The notes beneath the pieces were generated by a model, which was not told the origin of the DNA, searched no databases, and was given only the letters and a program-made list of their open reading frames with translations. DNA of 64,000 nucleotides from an uncultured Ectothiorhodospiraceae bacterium (GTDB taxonomy: Bacteria > Pseudomonadota > Gammaproteobacteria > UBA9214), in the NCBI GenBank assembly GCA_947259415.1, contig CAMYMI010000001.1, positions 33,842 through 97,841 of the forward strand, read 5' to 3'. Below are positions 59,041 to 64,000 of the stretch, piece by piece. Each line of letters begins with the position of its first letter. Position 1 is the first letter of the stretch. The translations under genes were made by a program, and so were the position numbers.

Positions 59041-60084
59041 TCACCGCCAGTCGGCAATGAACACATTGGTCTCCCCCCTCACCTTGCCGAAGCGGTTGGA
59101 CGCGAACACCAGCTGCTTGCCGTCGTGGGAAAACATCGGGAACCCGTCAAAGCCCTCGTAGCTGGTGACACGCTCGGTCTCGCGGGTCTCGATATCGATC
59201 AGATAAAGATCGAAGTTGCGCCCCTTGGGGTCGTGCATATTGGACGAAAAGATGATGCGCCTGCCATCAGGGTGCCAGTAGGGACCGAAATTGGCCGCCC
59301 CGTTGCGGGTGATCTGGATGGGCAAGCGTTCCTCGAGGTTCATGATAAACAGCTCAAGTTTACCGGGACGGATCAGGCCCCTGGCCAGCAGTGCCCGGTA
59401 ATCCTCCAGAGCCTGCCCGTCAGGTCGGGAGGCACGCCAGACGATCCATTTGCCGTCCAGGGAGAAAAACGCCCCGCCGTCGTAACCGGCTGCATGGGTC
59501 AACTGCTCGACAGCGCTGCCGTCCGGGTTCATCAGGTAAAGTTCCAGATCGCCGCTACGCAGCGAGGTGAATACGATTTTGTCACCTATGGGCGAGTACA
59601 CGGCCTCGGCATCGTAGCCCTCGGAGCGGGTCAAGGGCACGGGATCTTCTCCACCAGGTCCCGCTGTAAAGATGTCATAGCTGCTGTAGAGGGGCCATAC
59701 ATAGCCATTCGAGTGGTCCGGCCGGGGCGGGCATTGCGTGTTCTCGAGGTGGGTCGAGGCATAGATAATCGAGCGGTTATCGGGCGCAATAAAGGCGCAG
59801 GTGGTCACGCCCTGCCCTGAGGATAGCTGGCGCACATCACTGCCATCGCTTTGCATGCGGAAGATCGCATCACACTGCAGTTCATCGCGCGTTGACTGGA
59901 AGATCAGTTCGCGGCCGTCGTGAGAGAAATAGGCCTCCGCATTCTGGCCGCCGAAGGTGAGCTGGCGCACGTTGGCAAGATGTCCCTCGTCGGGATAGGC
60001 CAAATCCACCCCGGTTATTCCATTAGCACACACCCCGGCTGCCAGGGCGGACAGTGTGATGGTGATGATGCCGTGAGCCGTCAT
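59041..60084 (-). CDS. Periplasmic PD40/WD40-like beta-propeller protein (TolB-like, no TolB N-domain)
   Basis: Signal peptide; repeated ..DG..I.F.S.R.. PD40 blades (..SHDGRELIFQSTRD.., ..SPIGDKIVFTSLRSG.., ..HPDGRRIIFSSN.., ..SHDGKQLVFASNR..). Confidence 0.65.
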   Translation of the reverse strand: MTAHGIITITLSALAAGVCANGITGVDLAYPDEGHLANVRQLTFGGQNAEAYFSHDGRELIFQSTRDELQCDAIFRMQSDGSDVRQLSSGQGVTTCAFIAPDNRSIIYASTHLENTQCPPRPDHSNGYVWPLYSSYDIFTAGPGGEDPVPLTRSEGYDAEAVYSPIGDKIVFTSLRSGDLELYLMNPDGSAVEQLTHAAGYDGGAFFSLDGKWIVWRASRPDGQALEDYRALLARGLIRPGKLELFIMNLEERLPIQITRNGAANFGPYWHPDGRRIIFSSNMHDPKGRNFDLYLIDIETRETERVTSYEGFDGFPMFSHDGKQLVFASNRFGKVRGETNVFIADWR

Positions 60085-60107
60085 TGCGTATCCCCTGTTT
60101 CTAAATG

Positions 60108-63100
60108 TCAGCGATCGACCACGCGGGCGGTGGCCCGGGCCTCGGCACCATTACGTCGATAGCGGATTCTGAGTTCATCGCCCGGTGTCAGTTGCTTCAG
60201 CACCCGCGAATAATCGCGCAGGTTGTTGACCGCCGTTTCGTTCAACTCGAGGATAACATCGCCGGCCGCGAGCCCGGCCTGTGCAGCCGGTGTCCCTGCG
60301 CTCACCCCGTCGAGTCGCACCCCCGCCCCGCTCCAGCCATAATCCGGGAGCGTACCCAGGCTCACCCGGCGTGGTGTTTCCACTGCCGTTGCAGCGATGC
60401 CCTGTTGTGTCCCGCCCGGCATGGCGCTCAGGGGCCGCGGCCGCCGCGCGAGGTAGTCCGCCGTTTCTTTCAGTATCCTGGCGACCTTCACGAGGCCCGC
60501 GGCATCGATAGCTTCCGGGGTGTCGCCGGGGCGGTGAAAATCCGCATGGGCGCCGCTGAAGAACTGCACGGCCGGCACACCGGCGGCAATGAAGCTGGTC
60601 TGGTCGCTGGACCCGATGTCATCGGCCAGCTGGCGTACCGGGACCCCGGTGACGTAACCGGCCCCGCGCAGGATGTGCACCCATTCATCCGCCGTACCCG
60701 TGCCGAACACCGTCAGGGGTTGTTCGCCGAGACGCCCGACGGTATCCAGGTTGAGCATCGCGATCATCTTCTCCACCGGATAGCCGACGGCAGCGGCCTG
60801 CTCCAGGTAGTGCCGTGAACCTTGGCGGCCGGTCTCCTCACCGGTAAAGGCAACGAAGACGATACTGCGCGGACGCGGCTGGCCGGCCAGCACCCGTGCC
60901 AGCTCCAGCATCACGGCCACACCGCTGGCATTGTCGTCGGCGCCGGGGTGCAGCCGACCCCGGTCTTCGGCACGTGCCCCGGTTTCCCCGTAGCCGAGGT
61001 GGTCATAGTGGGCACCGATCACCAGACTTTCGCCGGCTCGCCGGGGGTCGTTCCCGGGCAGGATGCCGATGACATTCTTCAACATGGCCCCGGGTCGGGA
61101 TTCATCCTCCGGGACCTCCCAGGACTGCAGGAAGGCATCACCGCCAGCAGCGCCCGGCTGTAAACCCGCGGCCTTGAACTGGGCCGCGATGTAATCCGCC
61201 GCCCGGTCCAATCCGGGTGTGCCAGGGCCCCGGCCTTGCAGGGATTCGGATGCCAGCAGCGCAATGTCGCGCTGCATGCGGGTAGTCGAGAACAGCGTTT
61301 GCGGGGCAACCAGCGGAGTGCGCGGTGCCAGGCGCGCCGGCCCGGCGGCATCCGCCAGGATGACCGACAGCGGTGAATCCAGCACCGCCCACTGCCCCTT
61401 GAGGACATTGTCAGGCCCGCTGCCGGTAAAGGCGAGGTAGCTGTAGCGACCGTAATGCGGCAGCTTGCGGCCCAGACCCACCAGTGCCGCGGGGTCATCC
61501 GCGGCCAGCCAGCCCAGCGCCTGGTCGGAATTGCCGGGGTGGCGCGCCATGACGACCACGGTATGTTGGGTGCGCGACAGCGGCGTGTCTGCGATCGTCA
61601 GCGTGTCACCCGCAGCGCTGAAGGCATAACCGGTGAGGGCATCAACCGGCTGTTTACGAAAGCGGTTGTCCCAGCCGAACAACCATACCGCACGGTCATC
61701 CGGCAGCTTCTCCAGGTCACGGTCCATGGCATGGCTGAATTTGTCCGGATCACCCGCCTGCCAGGCGGCAGCCAGCGCCTCGTAGGCCGCAAGCAACGCC
61801 GCCGGTGCCGCGGCCGGCAACACCATCATCACCCGGTCGGCACCCATGGCCTGGCTGATGGCCGGAGGGATCTCGTTACGGTCCAGGCGGCGAAACACAT
61901 CGAATTCCGGGTCGATGTCGAGTCGCAGCGGCGCCGCCGGCAGTTCCAGCTCCAGGTTCACCGCTTTTTTATCAAGCAGCAGTTCGGTCTGCCAGGCCAC
62001 TTCCTCGCCCTCAAGCTGCACGGCCAGCGGTACCCGCAGTGTATAGCTCGGCCCGGGCTGCGTTTGTTCGATCACAGCGGTGAGCAGGTTGCGCCCGCCT
62101 TCACGCCGCGCGCTGGCTTCGCTGACCCGCAGTGACGGGGCCCCGCTGCGCTCCACCCACTGCTCGAAGAAATCCTGCAGCGGGTGTCCCGCCACCGTGC
62201 TGAAAACGGCCTCCACGTCGGTAAAACCGGTCACCTGGTAGCGTTGCTGACGGTACAGTGCCTGCAGTGCCTCTCTGAATGCAGCGTCACCCAGCTGTCG
62301 GCGCAGCATGTGGAACAGCATCAGTGTCTTGCCATAACCAACGGCCTCGCTCACCGCGCTGTGGCGTCCACGGAAGGCCGTCAGGGGAAATTCCTGCTGG
62401 TGACGCACGTGATCGGTGTATTTCTGGAGTACACCGCGGCGGTAGTCGGCGCCCTGCCCGCGCTGTTCCTTGATCAGGTGATCGGCCAGGTAGCTGGTCA
62501 GTCCCTCCGCCCAATTACCGCTTTCATAATCGACGTAGACACTGTTGCCCCACCAGTTGTGCAGGATCTCGTGGGGGTAGGATGAATGCAGGATGAAGGG
62601 AAAACGGATCACCTTCTGGCCAAGCAGGGTAAACGACGGCATGCCGTAGCCGGTCTCCCAGAAATTTTCCACCAGCGCAAACTTGCTATAGGGATAGGGT
62701 CCTATCAGGTCACTGTAGAGCCGCACGTACTCAGCCGTCGCATCCAGGTATTGCTGTGCCAGTGCCGTGTCGGGTTCGCGCAGCAGGACCATGGCCTGTA
62801 CTCTCTCGGTCGTCCGGGTGTATTCGCTGAAACGACCGGCAATCAGGTAGATCTCCTCCTGCAGGGAGGTGCAGCGCCAGTGTTCCTGCGCGTACGCCTC
62901 ACCGGCATCCCGCAGCAGGCGCTCGCCCTGGGTCATGCCGTTCCAGCCCGACGGCAGCTGTACATGGAGGTCGAAGCTGACCCGTTCTCCCTCGACACGC
63001 GGGTACCAGTAACTCTGCCCGGCAAGAAACACGCCCTGGGCAGCGATCATCCCGGATGTCTCGCGAAAACCGCGCGCGTACTCCTCTCCCTGCTGCCGCA

Positions 63101-63491
63101 GGGCATGGTGGATGCGACCCTGGTAGCGCAGTACAAAGCGCTCCTGGCCGGCAGGCAACACCACACGGTAGCGGCGCGGGACCAGGCCGGCATTGTGTGA
63201 GGAGATATTCAGCGTGGACAGCTCCCCTCCGGCCTGTGCGGGCAGGACCTCAAGACGACCCGCGCTGCCGACCAGCTCGGGGGTCAGGTCGGGATGCAGC
63301 TGGAATTCCAGGTTGGTGGTCGCGGTATCCGTTCTGGTGATAGTGTCGATCACCACGATGCTGTGTTGTTGCGGATTGAGCTGCACCTCCAGTCGGTGAT
63401 GCAGCCGGGCCTGCAGCGACAGCGGCAGCAGACAGGTGGCCAGCAGCAAGTACTGCAGGACGCGGTGACGGGTCATTGCGGCGTTACCCAT
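60108..63491 (-). CDS. Secreted multidomain peptidase: M1-like gluzincin domain + M28 aminopeptidase domain + C-terminal PDZ
   Basis: Signal peptide; HEILHNWWGNSV..(18)..WAEGLTSY = HExxH+E gluzincin motif; ..GAHYDHLGYGE..GADDNASGVAVMLELAR..FVAFTGEE.. M28 zinc ligands; PDZ ..VRLDGVSAGTPAAQAGLAAGDVILELNET.. Confidence 0.7.
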   Translation of the reverse strand: MGNAAMTRHRVLQYLLLATCLLPLSLQARLHHRLEVQLNPQQHSIVVIDTITRTDTATTNLEFQLHPDLTPELVGSAGRLEVLPAQAGGELSTLNISSHNAGLVPRRYRVVLPAGQERFVLRYQGRIHHALRQQGEEYARGFRETSGMIAAQGVFLAGQSYWYPRVEGERVSFDLHVQLPSGWNGMTQGERLLRDAGEAYAQEHWRCTSLQEEIYLIAGRFSEYTRTTERVQAMVLLREPDTALAQQYLDATAEYVRLYSDLIGPYPYSKFALVENFWETGYGMPSFTLLGQKVIRFPFILHSSYPHEILHNWWGNSVYVDYESGNWAEGLTSYLADHLIKEQRGQGADYRRGVLQKYTDHVRHQQEFPLTAFRGRHSAVSEAVGYGKTLMLFHMLRRQLGDAAFREALQALYRQQRYQVTGFTDVEAVFSTVAGHPLQDFFEQWVERSGAPSLRVSEASARREGGRNLLTAVIEQTQPGPSYTLRVPLAVQLEGEEVAWQTELLLDKKAVNLELELPAAPLRLDIDPEFDVFRRLDRNEIPPAISQAMGADRVMMVLPAAAPAALLAAYEALAAAWQAGDPDKFSHAMDRDLEKLPDDRAVWLFGWDNRFRKQPVDALTGYAFSAAGDTLTIADTPLSRTQHTVVVMARHPGNSDQALGWLAADDPAALVGLGRKLPHYGRYSYLAFTGSGPDNVLKGQWAVLDSPLSVILADAAGPARLAPRTPLVAPQTLFSTTRMQRDIALLASESLQGRGPGTPGLDRAADYIAAQFKAAGLQPGAAGGDAFLQSWEVPEDESRPGAMLKNVIGILPGNDPRRAGESLVIGAHYDHLGYGETGARAEDRGRLHPGADDNASGVAVMLELARVLAGQPRPRSIVFVAFTGEETGRQGSRHYLEQAAAVGYPVEKMIAMLNLDTVGRLGEQPLTVFGTGTADEWVHILRGAGYVTGVPVRQLADDIGSSDQTSFIAAGVPAVQFFSGAHADFHRPGDTPEAIDAAGLVKVARILKETADYLARRPRPLSAMPGGTQQGIAATAVETPRRVSLGTLPDYGWSGAGVRLDGVSAGTPAAQAGLAAGDVILELNETAVNNLRDYSRVLKQLTPGDELRIRYRRNGAEARATARVVDR

Positions 63492-63505
63492 ACAGCTCAG
63501 GACAC

Positions 63506-64000
63506 CTAGTAGAGCACCATCTCGTGACTCAGCGCTTGCGTATCACCCAACCAGCGCCGGCGCTTCAGCGTAAGCGTGATGCTGTCGCCCGGCTTCAGGT
63601 TCCACATGATGATACGCAGGTCGGCCAGGTCGTTAACGGGCAGGTCATTGATGGACAGGATTCGGTCACCCGGTCTGATTCCGGCCTGCTCACAGGGGCT
63701 GTCCGCCAGGCACTGTTTGATCAGGAGCTCGTCTTCATGCTCCTCAAGCAGGGCACCGAACTTGCCGGCCGGCGGCAACGACTGCTGTTGCGGCAACAAC
63801 AGGTAGTCGGCCAGCCCCGGTTTCAACTGGCCGTGCCAGTCGTTCAGGATGATGGCCATGCCGCCCCCCAGGCGTCGCTGCAACCGTTGGGGTATACCGC
63901 TGCCATAGGCCAGGTGTCCGGCCCCGGCGAGCAACACCATGCGGGTGTCGGGATGCGCCTCGAGGTACTCGGCAGCACGCTCCGCCATGCCCTCATCCCA
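63506..64000 (-). CDS. ChaN-like (haem-binding/Tiki superfamily) + PDZ protein, C-terminal part (5' end beyond window)
   Basis: ..RMVLLAGAGHLAYGSGIPQRL.. matches the ChaN family C-terminus; followed by PDZ ..GIRPGDRILSINDLPVNDLADL..; ORF open to window edge. Confidence 0.5.
   Translation of the reverse strand, partial: WDEGMAERAAEYLEAHPDTRMVLLAGAGHLAYGSGIPQRLQRRLGGGMAIILNDWHGQLKPGLADYLLLPQQQSLPPAGKFGALLEEHEDELLIKQCLADSPCEQAGIRPGDRILSINDLPVNDLADLRIIMWNLKPGDSITLTLKRRRWLGDTQALSHEMVLY

Noticed and set aside
1-64000. Search for CRISPR arrays, integrases, transposases, IS inverted repeats and prophage genes
   Set aside because: No direct-repeat arrays and no recombinase or transposase-like ORFs were seen. 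The low-GC island lacks mobility genes within the window.

Overview
This 64-kb window is a high-GC (~60%) chromosomal segment of a Gram-negative bacterium, probably a gammaproteobacterium, with the low-GC island at the left edge falling to roughly 38-55% GC. Support for that placement comes from the conserved miaB-ybeZ-ybeY-corC-lnt operon, a type-A RNase P RNA, yeiP/efpL, slyD and uup. Positions 1 to about 4450 are a lower-GC island of short, partly degraded genes: a methyltransferase tail, a YciI-like remnant, a hicA/hicB remnant, and a membrane ORF with an in-frame stop. The core region carries housekeeping genes: lnt, corC, ybeY, ybeZ/phoH, miaB, rnpB, glgA, ppc, tatD, tcdA, cspA, slyD, yeiP, an ABC-2 transporter and uup. 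The most unusual region is a roughly 12.5-kb divergent two-operon locus at 44240..56778 encoding only exported proteins. It includes ApbE FMN transferase, a Tat-exported DUF1501-like protein, three large lipoproteins/secreted proteins with five CxxCH c-type haem motifs between them, two outer-membrane beta-barrel proteins (one with an SH3 domain), a TlpA-like thioredoxin, a DUF4266 lipoprotein and a DUF3570 protein, with a perfect palindrome in the shared promoter region. I interpret it as an uncharacterised extracytoplasmic redox module. Other notable features are a TonB-ExbB-ExbD-ExbD module preceded by four secreted TPR/coiled-coil proteins, a CheY-receiver/TM/OmpA-like fusion protein, a DsrC/TusE-like protein with an atypical C-terminus, and a 1127-aa secreted M1-like + M28 + PDZ fusion peptidase flanked by PD40 and ChaN-PDZ genes. 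No tRNA, rRNA, CRISPR array, transposase or integrase was found. Coordinates follow the ORF track; the printed sequence is locally offset from the track by 1-9 nt around 45.3-47.0 kb.
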